A stretch of 54,168 nt of DNA from a virus (taxonomy: Duplodnaviria; Caudoviricetes), in the IMG/VR virus record IMGVR_UViG_3300042197_001558, positions 1 through 54,168 of that record, one strand, 5' to 3'. The notes under the pieces were generated by a model, which was given only the letters and a program-made list of their open reading frames with translations, ran no database searches and was not told the DNA's origin. Shown here in pieces: positions 19,481 through 28,658 of this stretch. Within the stretch, counting starts at the first letter, position 1, and the number at the start of each line of letters is the position of its first letter. A program made the position numbers and the translations under genes.

Positions 19481-20506
19481 ATGGCTTCCATTCAAGTTCT
19501 CAACGGTGTGTATCGTGGTTTTGATGCCAGCGGCATGACCTTCGAATTGGTCAATCAACTGCGTAAGACCGACAAGAGCAGTTTCGTTACCGTTAAGAAC
19601 GGTGGCAATTTCCCTGGCTATCCCGATACTATCCGTGTGAACGTGGAAAGCACGGCTGATTATCGCATGGTCAGTGGTGATTCTGGTTCTGTGTCCTCTG
19701 TTGCCGCTTCTGTCGCACAACCCAAGGTTGTCGAGACCGATGAACAGGCTATGGATCGTATCGCTAATCGGTTTGCGATTCTGGACGAAATGGCCAAGGC
19801 CTGTATCGAAGGTGACATCCGCTCGGTCATCGTGACTGGCCCTCCTGGTGTTGGCAAGTCGCATGGCGTTACGGTTCAAATGGAGAAGGCTACTCTGTTT
19901 GATAAGATTGCCGGTAAGAAGGCTCGCTACCAGATTGTCAAGGGTACCATGAGTGCCATCGGTCTGTTCGCTCTGCTGTACAAGTATAGCGATCCTAAGA
20001 ATATCCTGGTTTTTGACGATTGTGATATCTGGTCAGACCCAGATGCTCTTAACATTTTGAAAGCCGCACTTGATTCCGGTAAAACTCGTCGTATCTCCTA
20101 TAACAAGGACAGCCGTATCCTCCGTGAGGAAGGTATTCCCAACACCTTTGATTTCAAGGGTTCTATCATCTTCATTACCAACGTTGATGTTGCTAACACC
20201 AAGCGTAATGCCAACAAACCGCACATGGAAGCTCTTCAATCTCGTGCCCATTATTTGGACCTGACAATTAACACTGAGCGAGATCGTATGTTGCGTGTTC
20301 GTCAAGTCCATCGTGATGCTGATCCCGGTCTGTTCGTGGATTACAATTTCTCCAAGGAACAAGAAAATATGGTGCTGGATTTTATGTGGGAAAATCGTGA
20401 TCGTCTTCGTGAAATTAGTATTCGTTGTGCTTTGAAATTGGCGGATCTGGTTAAAATCAGTCCTAACAATTGGAAAACGCTTGCTGAGGCAACTATTTGC
20501 AAATAA
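19481..20506 (+). CDS. AAA-family ATPase
   Basis: Walker A GPPGVGKS, Walker B LVFDDCD, IIFITN, ALQSR. Confidence 0.85.
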   Translation: MASIQVLNGVYRGFDASGMTFELVNQLRKTDKSSFVTVKNGGNFPGYPDTIRVNVESTADYRMVSGDSGSVSSVAASVAQPKVVETDEQAMDRIANRFAILDEMAKACIEGDIRSVIVTGPPGVGKSHGVTVQMEKATLFDKIAGKKARYQIVKGTMSAIGLFALLYKYSDPKNILVFDDCDIWSDPDALNILKAALDSGKTRRISYNKDSRILREEGIPNTFDFKGSIIFITNVDVANTKRNANKPHMEALQSRAHYLDLTINTERDRMLRVRQVHRDADPGLFVDYNFSKEQENMVLDFMWENRDRLREISIRCALKLADLVKISPNNWKTLAEATICK

Positions 20507-20510
20507 AATT

Positions 20511-21176
20511 TTATAAAGGCACTTCGGTGCCTTTTTTCTTACAATTTTCGCCGTGCCACCTATGAAAATTTCTAGGATCAGACATAATTCCACAATGTAT
20601 ACATTTAATTTTGTTTATTATTCTTTTAACCTTTAATGGTCCTCTAGGTCCCGCAAGTTTATTTTTTATTTCAGGCAATCTTCCATAAGAAAAATTTTCG
20701 TATTTTACTAAGTACTCATACTCGGGAGTAAATTTTTCTTCAACTCCGTTGTTAATCCATTTGCTATTCGCAGCATTTTTTGCTCTTAATTTTTTTAAAT
20801 TTTCATTTGCTGGATTACGAAATTTGTAAAATTCATTTCCTTTATTTCTCTTTGATGATGCTTCTGCGTTTGCGGATCTAATTTCCTCTATTTGTCTACT
20901 ATTGAATATTAATTTTCTTTTAGAGTTATTACTGAAGTACGAAAATGCTTCGATCATCTTATATCGAGCATTTCCTGTTACCATTTTCATAAGCAATTTG
21001 TGACATATAAAATGTTCTCTAGCAGACAATCTAACTAAATTATTTTTATCATTTGTGCCACCCAAAGATTTTGGTACTATATGATGATTTTCTGTATATC
21101 CTGTATAACTTTTTATTTTTGCGCTATTGATTATGGAATAATAGACTTTTGTATACTTATTATTGATAAATATCAT
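20511..21176 (-). mobile_element. free-standing HNH homing endonuclease
   Basis: ENHHIVPKSLGGTNDKNNLVRLSAREHFICH; C-terminal CIHC..HGENC. Confidence 0.88.
20515..20537 (+). terminator. intrinsic terminator (UUCG loop)
   Basis: AAAGGCAC-TTCG-GTGCCTTTTTT; overlaps the 3' end of the antisense HNH ORF. Confidence 0.85.
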
Positions 21177-21253
21177 GCTGATGCTCCTTTCTGAAAAATT
21201 ACAGCATTAGAGAGGGTAGATGTTGACGCATCGTGACCCTCACTTTTATTTAT
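21177..21253 (-). promoter_or_regulatory. late promoter with two-hairpin leader of the HNH gene
   Basis: Minus strand: ATAAATA, GAGGGT/ACCCTC stem, CTAATGCT/AGCATCAG stem overlapping AAGGAG. Confidence 0.65.
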
Positions 21254-21261
21254 CACTAAAT

Positions 21262-21290
21262 TTGACCTTAAATCGTATCCGCTATATAAT
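21262..21290 (+). promoter_or_regulatory. early promoter
   Basis: TTGACC-N17-TATAAT. Confidence 0.8.
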
Positions 21291-21330
21291 GGCTTCACTG
21301 AGTTGATGCGGTAACACCACGGAGTCCAAC

Positions 21331-22029
21331 ATGAACTTCACCTTCTCCTCGCAAGCCGATCAAGACACCCACAGCACCCTGACTTCGCTGATCAAGTCGA
21401 ATGACGGCCAGTACAAGTCGGTCAAGCAGGCTGATTTTCTGAACAAGCGTTTCACTCGTGAGAACTTGTGGGATTCCGAATCCGCCATGAAGAACTTCGG
21501 CATTCAACTGGCAGCCGATCAGTTCATGGTTTCCACGAACGCATATGTTCGTTGGGTTGGATACGGTACCAAGTCGGTTCGTCCCGTTACGTGGATGTTC
21601 GTAATGGATCAACACGGCGTGGTTGCCCAGTACAAGTTGGGTTATGTTGGTGATTTGCGTAGCGGTACCAGCCCTGACCCTGCCAAGACCACCACCGTGT
21701 GGCAGCGGGTTGGTGAGGTTGTTGCTCTCCAGCGTCCCGTGGAACCTGAGGTTCAGCCGTCCGAGCATATCGGCACCATTGGTGAGCGCATCACCTTCAA
21801 GGGTGTGATCGTGTCGGTTGCCGAATTTGAGCGTGCTAAGTTTCACTATTACGATAGTAGCGTTGGCTACATTACCCGTATTAATGTGAACGGCAATGAT
21901 GTGGTTTATTTCGGTACTTTTGGTCTTGAGCGTGGTGCCGAAGTTGAGTTCAAGGCTACTGTCAAGGAACATGGCGAGTACCGTGGTCGTCGTCAAACGG
22001 TGGTCAATCGTCCCAAGTTGATGGCCTAA
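21331..22029 (+). CDS. hypothetical protein, possible C-terminal OB-fold
   Basis: HIGTIGERITF...FKATVKEH..Y.G..QT. Confidence 0.75.
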   Translation: MNFTFSSQADQDTHSTLTSLIKSNDGQYKSVKQADFLNKRFTRENLWDSESAMKNFGIQLAADQFMVSTNAYVRWVGYGTKSVRPVTWMFVMDQHGVVAQYKLGYVGDLRSGTSPDPAKTTTVWQRVGEVVALQRPVEPEVQPSEHIGTIGERITFKGVIVSVAEFERAKFHYYDSSVGYITRINVNGNDVVYFGTFGLERGAEVEFKATVKEHGEYRGRRQTVVNRPKLMA

Positions 22030-22040
22030 TCTAATAGGAG

Positions 22041-22235
22041 ATGGTGATGAATATTGTTGAAGAAATGATCCAGGTTCTGAAAACCAAGCGTCTGGAACGT
22101 GGTGATAGTCCACAACAGGCTGAAATCTATGCTCTGAATTACATGAGAGGGTTTCTAGAAACTTCTTGTCTCATGAATCCTCAATTGGGTAAAGATGTTG
22201 CCTGGCATGTAAATCATATTAAACAATCAGGCTAA
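22041..22235 (+). CDS. hypothetical protein
   Basis: AGGAG SD. Confidence 0.65.
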   Translation: MVMNIVEEMIQVLKTKRLERGDSPQQAEIYALNYMRGFLETSCLMNPQLGKDVAWHVNHIKQSG

Positions 22236-22266
22236 ATAATAGAATATATGAAAGAATAATAATATT

Positions 22267-22866
22267 ATGAGATCAGTGGAGTTAATTGAATCAGGCCTTA
22301 GCAGGATACACAAAGCAATTAAAAAACACGATTATGGTATTATAACCGCATATAGATATGCGCCAGAATGTGGCACAGGTGAACCATATACATACGATCA
22401 AAATCAAAAAAGAAATGCTCATTTATTGGCTAAATTACGAGCCCGTGGTTATGGTGTAACTGCTATTAAGGGCAGTTATATTGAAAACTATGGTTCGGCA
22501 AATGCCCGTGAAGTAGGTGAAAATAGTTTCTTTGTAGTTGATATTCAAGATTCAGGTAGTTTGCGTGATGATCTCCTAAAATTAGGTGAAGAGTTTGAAC
22601 AAGATAGTATTATCTTTGGTTCAGCAGGTGAAACTGGATCCTTGATTGGCACAAATAACTGTCCTACTGGATATCCAGGTTACCATAACGAGGTCCCACA
22701 GGGTGGTGCGGTGTTTGGCAAAACTGGCGAATTCATGAGCAGAGTAAAAGGCCGTCCATTTGTGTTCTCAGAATCACAGGAATTAGTGGAATATGGCGTG
22801 GCCAAATATCCATCTGAACTACGTGGTCCCGTAGCCATGAGCAAGAAGCATTGGTCCGATCTATAA
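22267..22866 (+). CDS. late hypothetical protein (ITAYR...EQDSI family)
   Basis: CTAAATA upstream; N-terminus MRSVELIE. Confidence 0.75.
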   Translation: MRSVELIESGLSRIHKAIKKHDYGIITAYRYAPECGTGEPYTYDQNQKRNAHLLAKLRARGYGVTAIKGSYIENYGSANAREVGENSFFVVDIQDSGSLRDDLLKLGEEFEQDSIIFGSAGETGSLIGTNNCPTGYPGYHNEVPQGGAVFGKTGEFMSRVKGRPFVFSESQELVEYGVAKYPSELRGPVAMSKKHWSDL

Positions 22867-22867
22867 T

Positions 22868-22896
22868 TTGACGCAAAATAGTCCATAACATATAAT
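22868..22896 (+). promoter_or_regulatory. early promoter
   Basis: TTGACG-N17-TATAAT. Confidence 0.85.
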
Positions 22897-22926
22897 ACAC
22901 CCATCTTAGCCGCAACGGAGATCAAC

Positions 22927-23139
22927 ATGGGTTATCGAGTTCTGGGTCGTACCGAAGATGTTTATCAAGGTTACGGTCCTCGCCGTGGGCTTGAAGGTCC
23001 GTTCGTCTACAATGGTCGTGTTCTTTACTATGATGCCAAAGAAGGAAAGTACTGGGATCCTCGTACTGACTTCTTTGTGGATTATGATGAATGGGAATCC
23101 ATCATGAATAGTGTGGTGTCTACGCTGGCCACCCGTTGA
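22927..23139 (+). CDS. hypothetical protein
   Basis: GGAG SD; GLEGPF..LYYD.KEG.YWD. Confidence 0.75.
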   Translation: MGYRVLGRTEDVYQGYGPRRGLEGPFVYNGRVLYYDAKEGKYWDPRTDFFVDYDEWESIMNSVVSTLATR

Positions 23140-23155
23140 TTTATAGGTAAATGTT

Positions 23156-23392
23156 ATGACCAATCAAGAAGTTCTCTGGAAGGGTAAGACGGTCTGGGTG
23201 GTGGGCATTCTCAGCCGCAGCGGTCGTCTTCACTACGGTCTACGCAAATATGTGGGTCGCGGTGGTTTGGTTGTCGGTGAAAGCAAAAACAATCAATTGT
23301 TGATTCAATTCGGCAATCATACCCGTGCTATCCCTGCTGGTTGTGTGGCGGAGTATGGCACTGTTCACCGCGCCGGAACCAGTTATCGGTAA
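23156..23392 (+). CDS. hypothetical protein
   Basis: AGGT SD; intact ORF. Confidence 0.7.
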   Translation: MTNQEVLWKGKTVWVVGILSRSGRLHYGLRKYVGRGGLVVGESKNNQLLIQFGNHTRAIPAGCVAEYGTVHRAGTSYR

Positions 23393-23393
23393 T

Positions 23394-23422
23394 TTGACAC
23401 AAAATACTGGTTCTGTTATACT
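23394..23422 (+). promoter_or_regulatory. early promoter
   Basis: TTGACA-N17-TATACT. Confidence 0.85.
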
Positions 23423-23450
23423 GTATTTCTATTAGATAGTGAGGTACAAA

Positions 23451-24479
23451 ATGTCCCGTAAGATGGCTACAATTAGGAAGATTGATGAAATTCGTCCTAT
23501 TGAGGGCGCTGATGCTATTGAGGCTGCTGTAGTAGGCGGCTGGGCAGTTGTGATCAAGAAGGGTGAATTCAAGGTCGGTGATCTTGCCGTTTACCTGGAA
23601 ATTGATTCCTGGGTTCCCAATGAACTTGCCCCATTCTTGAGCAAGGGTAATGAACCTCGGGAATTCAATGGTATTCGGGGTGAACGCCTACGTACTGTGA
23701 AGTTGAGGGGAACTACCTCACAAGGATTGTTGCTGCCTATTGAAACAGCATTTCCTGGTTCTGAACGCCGTTTCTGGTGGAGTCAGGTGGATGTTGATGT
23801 TAGCGAACGACTTGGCATTCAAAAGTGGGAAGCACCTATCCCTGCCCAACTTGCGGGTGATGTTGAAGGTCCGTTTCCCACGGTGATTCCCCGTACTGAC
23901 CAAGAAAGAATCCAAAACCTCACCGAACAACTTAAGGAGTGGCAAGGTAATACTGACTTCACCTGGGAAGTTACCGAGAAGTTGGACGGTAGTTCTATGA
24001 CGGTGTTCGTCAATGGTGATAGTGAAGGTGTTTGTAGCCGTAATTGGAACTTGAAGGAAACTGAAGGCAATACTCTGTGGCGGGTTGCTCGTCGTAATGA
24101 TCTGCTGGTCAAGATCCGCAAAACTAATCGTAATCTTGCTCTACAGGGTGAGTTGATTGGTGAGGGCATTCAGGGCAATGCTTACAAGGTAACTGGGCAG
24201 GATTTCTTCGTGTTTGATATCTACGATATTGATCGCGGTGACTACATGACTCCCTTTGAGCGTAGGGTATTTTGCGATACTCACGGCATCAAGCATGTTC
24301 CTGTGCTGGCTAAGGAAATGGTGATTCAAGAGTGGGTCACTGGATTGCTGACTATGGCAGATGGTCAAAGTGTCCTAAACCCTAAGACAGGGCGTGAAGG
24401 TCTGGTGTTCAAGAGCAATGTTTTTGACGGTCCAAGTTTCAAGTGCATATCAAATTCATGGCTTTTGCATGAGAAGTAA
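23451..24479 (+). CDS. ATP-dependent RNA ligase, DRB0094/Rnl2-like
   Basis: PIEGADAIE N-terminal OB region; motif I EKLDGSS; GELIG; FDI; EGLVFK; FKCISN. Confidence 0.9.
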   Translation: MSRKMATIRKIDEIRPIEGADAIEAAVVGGWAVVIKKGEFKVGDLAVYLEIDSWVPNELAPFLSKGNEPREFNGIRGERLRTVKLRGTTSQGLLLPIETAFPGSERRFWWSQVDVDVSERLGIQKWEAPIPAQLAGDVEGPFPTVIPRTDQERIQNLTEQLKEWQGNTDFTWEVTEKLDGSSMTVFVNGDSEGVCSRNWNLKETEGNTLWRVARRNDLLVKIRKTNRNLALQGELIGEGIQGNAYKVTGQDFFVFDIYDIDRGDYMTPFERRVFCDTHGIKHVPVLAKEMVIQEWVTGLLTMADGQSVLNPKTGREGLVFKSNVFDGPSFKCISNSWLLHEK

Positions 24480-25181
24480 TTTATCTTGAATTTTACACCA
24501 ATTCATAAAGTTCCCCAAAGCCATTTCTTTTTTGTCATGTAATCTACAAACAGTCTTTGGCTTGGGGACACGGAGTTTTCTCTTATGCTCTTCGGACTTT
24601 GGGACACCTTTTAGTGCATCCGCCACTTTTTTAACATGTTCTGAGTCTTTTGGTTTTTTCATATTGCGACATTGCTCTTCAGATAATTTTCTGCCTGACA
24701 TTTTTTTAGAATGTTCTGGTTTTTTAACTCCCGTCAATCTAGATCGCTGTTCTTGCTTTCTTTCTTCTGTCCAAGAGTCTTTTTGTTTATGAGACATTAG
24801 TTGTCTGAACTCATCGTTGTTCCACATCAACAACGATTTTTCAGACAGTTTCTTTATTTGCTCAACAGTAAATTTATGACCTGCCTGGCCCACTGGTGCT
24901 CCATCCATGCCATTCTCAATAATAAGATTGGCCCATTCAGTTGATTCCACGATGTTGTGCTCTATAGAAAAATTTATTGCGAATTGTTGACCCTCATTAG
25001 GATCACTAAATTTACCAACGACTACGGTAGTAACATCGTATCCGTGTTTTTTTAGATGCCGTTTCCAGTGTTTACCAGATCCTGTGTATTTTTCTGGATT
25101 ATTTTTAGTAGTTTTTCCAAAATATTTTAGTCCAGTAACATTGTGGATTTTTACGTAAAGTGTTATTTCTTTGCTTGACAT
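24456..25181 (-). mobile_element. GIY-YIG/Seg-like homing endonuclease with NUMOD3-like repeats
   Basis: LYVKIHNVTGLKYFGKT..YTGSG; H/KSEEHK-type repeats; ATAAATA upstream. Confidence 0.82.
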
Positions 25182-25223
25182 ATTATGTACTCATTCGTTA
25201 CAATGTTATTTATCAAAATTTTC

Positions 25224-25259
25224 ATTAGCAATCGGTGGCTTCTGAAAAACGGCGAATAA
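25224..25259 (+). pseudogene. orphaned original 3' end of the RNA ligase gene
   Basis: Reads ISNRWLLKNGE*, versus the current end ISNSWLLHEK*. Confidence 0.75.
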
Positions 25260-25265
25260 AATCGC

Positions 25266-25294
25266 TTGACAGTAAATGGTGTTTTGACTATAAT
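25266..25294 (+). promoter_or_regulatory. early promoter
   Basis: TTGACA-N17-TATAAT. Confidence 0.9.
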
Positions 25295-25328
25295 GTTTTT
25301 TTCTTTCAACCACTAAGGAGTTTCTAAA

Positions 25329-25589
25329 ATGAGCAAGGTCTATTTCATGCATATTCGCAACATTGATGGTCTGAATCGCATTTCTAACTTTGGTGGAACC
25401 ACGATTGCTTATCGTGAAATTCCGTCTGGTGTTGAATACGCTGAAGCCTGGTGTAGTGATCGGGACAACTTCAACAAGGCTTATGGTCGTGCGAAGGCGT
25501 CTGGCCGACTGAATAGTGCTAACTATGTCCGTCGTTTTTCAGGCACATTCTCACAGTTCCGAGAGGCTATTGCGACTAATGTGATTTAA
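25329..25589 (+). CDS. hypothetical protein
   Basis: AAGGAG SD; CSDRDNFNKAYGR motif. Confidence 0.75.
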   Translation: MSKVYFMHIRNIDGLNRISNFGGTTIAYREIPSGVEYAEAWCSDRDNFNKAYGRAKASGRLNSANYVRRFSGTFSQFREAIATNVI

Positions 25590-25600
25590 TACTGCCAATC

Positions 25601-25921
25601 ATGGCTAAACGCTCTACTAAAGAGCAGCACATAACCGCGGTGATCTATGATCGTCGCGGTCGTGTTTTGTCTGTTGGACAAAACTCTTATGTGAAAACTC
25701 ACCCGTACCAGGCAAAACTTGCTGAACGGGCGGGTGAGCCCTACAAACAATATCTTCATGCTGAAGTTCATGCTATTGTAAAATGTGCGGACTTGAGCCG
25801 TGCCCACAGGATTTTTGTCAGTCGTTGGGATAATAATGGTCGTCCTATGTTGGCTGCGCCCTGTGCTATTTGTAGAAGTGCCATTGAGGCTGCTGGCATT
25901 AAGGTAGTAGAACATACCTAA
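25601..25921 (+). CDS. Zn-dependent cytidine/deoxycytidylate deaminase-like protein
   Basis: LHAE...APCAIC. Confidence 0.8.
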   Translation: MAKRSTKEQHITAVIYDRRGRVLSVGQNSYVKTHPYQAKLAERAGEPYKQYLHAEVHAIVKCADLSRAHRIFVSRWDNNGRPMLAAPCAICRSAIEAAGIKVVEHT

Positions 25922-25924
25922 CTT

Positions 25925-25953
25925 TTGACGGAAATTCCCAGTTCTGTTATACT
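25925..25953 (+). promoter_or_regulatory. early promoter (leader class B)
   Basis: TTGACG-N17-TATACT-GTATTTGTTGTAG. Confidence 0.85.
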
Positions 25954-25982
25954 GTATTTGTTGTAGCGAAACGAGGAAAATC

Positions 25983-26300
25983 ATGACCTATCATCTGTTC
26001 ATTGATGACGAGCGGTTTCCGCCTGACGATGGCAAGAATTGGAACATTGTTCGCACCTCCGATGAGGCCATTGGCTGTGTGATCATGTGCGGTGTTCCAG
26101 AGTTTGTTTCTTACGATCATGATCTGGGCGGTGATGACACCAGCATGAAGTTCATCTGGTGGATGATCGATGCTTATCTGGACGGTAAGATTGACGGATT
26201 TCCCGTGAATTATACTGTTCACAGTCAAAACCCTGTCGGTGCCCGAAACATCCGAGAATTGCTGGACGCATTCATCAGGACCGAAATCACCCACGTTTGA
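25983..26300 (+). CDS. cyclic-phosphate-processing receiver-like domain protein
   Basis: LFIDDER, SYDHDLG, HSQNPVG. Confidence 0.7.
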   Translation: MTYHLFIDDERFPPDDGKNWNIVRTSDEAIGCVIMCGVPEFVSYDHDLGGDDTSMKFIWWMIDAYLDGKIDGFPVNYTVHSQNPVGARNIRELLDAFIRTEITHV

Positions 26301-26325
26301 CAATAATTCTCGGTTCTGTTATACT
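26297..26325 (+). promoter_or_regulatory. early promoter (class B)
   Basis: TTGACA-N17-TATACT; TGA is the upstream stop. Confidence 0.85.
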
Positions 26326-26356
26326 GTATTTGTTGTAGACGATCAAGGTGATCAAA

Positions 26357-26719
26357 ATGGCTCGTAAGACTAAGGCAGAAAAGTTGGCTGAACAAGAGGC
26401 TCTTCGTCAACTTCAAGAGGAACAAGCACGACAAGAATATTTGCCGCGGCTGATTCAGAGTCTTGAAGAGGCTCAAAAGTACGGATTCGAAGTTGTCATC
26501 AAGGAAGGCAAACTGACTCTTGTCGAACAATTTCATCGGGAACCTGAATTTACATTCAGTTGGGCGTGGACTTGGAGCAACCAATATCAGTTGGAAGAGT
26601 TGGAAGATAAATTGGCCCAGTACAAGCGTGACCGAGAAGAAGAATTGGCCCGTATTGCTGCCAAGGAAGCTGCGCTGAATAAGCTCACCGCTGAAGAACG
26701 CAAATTGTTGGGCCTTTGA
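26357..26719 (+). CDS. hypothetical protein
   Basis: AAGGTG SD; ends ALNKLTAEERKLLGL. Confidence 0.75.
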   Translation: MARKTKAEKLAEQEALRQLQEEQARQEYLPRLIQSLEEAQKYGFEVVIKEGKLTLVEQFHREPEFTFSWAWTWSNQYQLEELEDKLAQYKRDREEELARIAAKEAALNKLTAEERKLLGL

Positions 26720-26744
26720 CAATAATTCCCGATTCTGTTATACT
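26716..26744 (+). promoter_or_regulatory. early promoter (class A)
   Basis: TTGACA-N17-TATACT-GTATTCACTGAGTTAGACAAC. Confidence 0.85.
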
Positions 26745-26777
26745 GTATTCACTGAGTTAGACAACAAGGTAAAAGTC

Positions 26778-26930
26778 ATGAAGAGGCAGACTAAGGTTGT
26801 GCGTACGGTCAAGAAGAACCGGTTTGCTCATATGCGTGAGCAGATGGCAGAGTACGGTCTTCCCTTGCGTCTTGTAATGTGCGGCAAGGTTGAAAACGGC
26901 CGTTTCTATCTCACCAACCGTAGTAAGTAA
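26778..26930 (+). CDS. small basic protein (50 aa)
   Basis: Not in ORF track; MKRQTKVVRTVKKNRF... Confidence 0.65.
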   Translation: MKRQTKVVRTVKKNRFAHMREQMAEYGLPLRLVMCGKVENGRFYLTNRSK

Positions 26931-26937
26931 GGGGTAG

Positions 26938-27144
26938 ATGATGACCAAACTTATTAAGTACCATAGCAAAACTGCTGAAGTTGCATTGTTTAACTCCGAT
27001 GGCGAGTATTGGATTGGTAGTTACAATCCACATCTTAGACACCAAGATGTCGGTGAACCCATGTATTCTTTTATTCGTGGGTATTGGTACACCGAGGATG
27101 AAGGCGCGGCTGTGTTGCAGACCCTTACCGGAAACGAATTTTAA
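26938..27144 (+). CDS. hypothetical protein
   Basis: Intact ORF with SD. Confidence 0.65.
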   Translation: MMTKLIKYHSKTAEVALFNSDGEYWIGSYNPHLRHQDVGEPMYSFIRGYWYTEDEGAAVLQTLTGNEF

Positions 27145-27153
27145 GGATAAAAA

Positions 27154-27498
27154 ATGAGCATCAACATTCACTTTATTGCCACCCGTAAAGTCAAGGTCAT
27201 TAAGACCAAGCGTGTGATCACGCAGGAAATCAAATTCAACGAGTGGCAAACGCCCAGTTATGTGACTGGCAAGATCATGGCTAGTGCCGATCCTATTCAA
27301 GCCTACAAGGATTGGGTTCTGACTGACTGCTCCATTGATGTGGAAACTGATGTGTTTGCTGAGGATGATATTTTCCAAGAGCGTGAGCCCATTGGTAAAG
27401 AAATTTTCAATGCGGGCAAGGAGCACATTGAGAAGTTTGACGAATGGTTGCAGATGTGCGCGGAAGAAGGTTTTGAGGTTCGTGCCGAGCCTTGGTGA
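27154..27498 (+). CDS. hypothetical protein
   Basis: AAGGA SD; WQTP motif. Confidence 0.75.
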   Translation: MSINIHFIATRKVKVIKTKRVITQEIKFNEWQTPSYVTGKIMASADPIQAYKDWVLTDCSIDVETDVFAEDDIFQEREPIGKEIFNAGKEHIEKFDEWLQMCAEEGFEVRAEPW

Positions 27499-27501
27499 TA
27501 T

Positions 27502-27530
27502 TTGACGATAATTGCCAACTCTGCTATACT
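27502..27530 (+). promoter_or_regulatory. early promoter (class A)
   Basis: TTGACG-N17-TATACT. Confidence 0.85.
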
Positions 27531-27563
27531 GTATTCACTGAGTTAGACAACACGGAGATTAAC

Positions 27564-27824
27564 ATGAATCAAGAGCGAATCAAAGAACTAAAGCGCGAGG
27601 CTGAGGCTCTAGCCTATGAGGAACATAAGGCAAATTGTATCAAGAATGGTCGTGATACATCAATTCCTCACGCAAATGCGTTGAATATGACTTTTGAGAA
27701 ATTCGCCGGATTGATTGTGAAAGAGTGTGCTAAGTATGTCAAAAATACAAATTGCTTTACATATGCTAGTCAAGCAGACTTGTGTGCTGAAAGAATGAAA
27801 CAACATTTCGGAGTTGAAGAATGA
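27564..27824 (+). CDS. MNERI/HFGVEE family paralog
   Basis: MNQERIKEL..EKFAGLIVKECA..KQHFGVEE. Confidence 0.8.
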   Translation: MNQERIKELKREAEALAYEEHKANCIKNGRDTSIPHANALNMTFEKFAGLIVKECAKYVKNTNCFTYASQADLCAERMKQHFGVEE

Positions 27825-28000
27825 ATCTTTCTGATCTTACGCCTCAACAACTCAACACCATGCTCACCAACCTTCAGGATTTCGTTGATGGCGATTTCCA
27901 GTATGCTGAAGAAATCGTTGCCCAGACTGGTGTTGACATTGACCGAGCCCAGGAGATCCTTAGCAGCATCAACCTGCTCAAGTCCCTGAACCTCAAGTAA
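27821..28000 (+). CDS. hypothetical protein (59 aa)
   Basis: ATGA overlap; not in ORF track. Confidence 0.65.
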   Translation: MNLSDLTPQQLNTMLTNLQDFVDGDFQYAEEIVAQTGVDIDRAQEILSSINLLKSLNLK

Positions 28001-28012
28001 AAGGAAACTGAA

Positions 28013-28216
28013 ATGAATACTGTAACTGTGATCTTTGGTGCTATTGCCCTGCTGTTCATTGTAGCGGCCGTGATGAGTCTACCCGTGATGCTGTTGTGGG
28101 ACTGGCTCATGCCCGGCATCTTCGGCCTGCGCGAAATTACCTGGTTTGAAGCCTGGGGACTACTGTTTCTGTCTGGGCTGCTGTTCAAGAGTCACACTAC
28201 CACCAATAAGGACTAA
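28013..28216 (+). CDS. small two-TM membrane protein
   Basis: LLWDWLMPGIFGLREITWFEAWGL. Confidence 0.8.
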   Translation: MNTVTVIFGAIALLFIVAAVMSLPVMLLWDWLMPGIFGLREITWFEAWGLLFLSGLLFKSHTTTNKD

Positions 28217-28222
28217 ATCGTC

Positions 28223-28411
28223 ATGGCTACTCAACAACCCATCTTTCATTCAATTTATTATGTCTGGGATAATGCTAAGAATACTTTGACCCTACATAAT
28301 AAAACTATGCCAGAGGCTGAAAAAATTGCCGCTGAGTTTGGTTTTCGCCATCCATGTTGGTATCGTCCGAGCACTTGGTTCAATCGTCGTACTACTGTTA
28401 CTAATCATTGA
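28223..28411 (+). CDS. hypothetical protein
   Basis: SD present; stop lies inside the next -35 box. Confidence 0.65.
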   Translation: MATQQPIFHSIYYVWDNAKNTLTLHNKTMPEAEKIAAEFGFRHPCWYRPSTWFNRRTTVTNH

Positions 28412-28436
28412 CAAAAATTTCCAACTCTGTTATACT
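28408..28436 (+). promoter_or_regulatory. early promoter (class B)
   Basis: TTGACA-N17-TATACT. Confidence 0.85.
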
Positions 28437-28467
28437 TTCTTTGTTGTAGACGAACAAGGTGAACAGA

Positions 28468-28647
28468 ATGAATCTCCCGAACTGGTTGATCAATTTCTTC
28501 CGCGAAGAATTCAATGGTTCCCAAGTTGCCGTTCTCAATAACAACTGGTGGAAATACACTTCTATCAGTCTAAACAATAGCACTAGAGAACAACTGATGA
28601 CCGAAGCCAAAATTATTCTTTCTATGGTTCTTCAAGCAAAAAACTAA
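28468..28647 (+). CDS. hypothetical protein
   Basis: AAGGTG SD. Confidence 0.6.
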   Translation: MNLPNWLINFFREEFNGSQVAVLNNNWWKYTSISLNNSTREQLMTEAKIILSMVLQAKN

Positions 28648-28658
28648 AGGATATACAA

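Noticed and set aside
19082-22113. Long minus-strand ORFs (19082-19879, 20033-20593, 21295-22113) and similar ones elsewhere
   Set aside because: Antisense shadows of codon-biased + strand genes, with no SD or motifs
24447-25225. Group I intron in the RNA ligase
   Set aside because: The upstream part already ends in a complete in-frame tail with a stop, and the insert is almost all endonuclease ORF with no room for a ribozyme core
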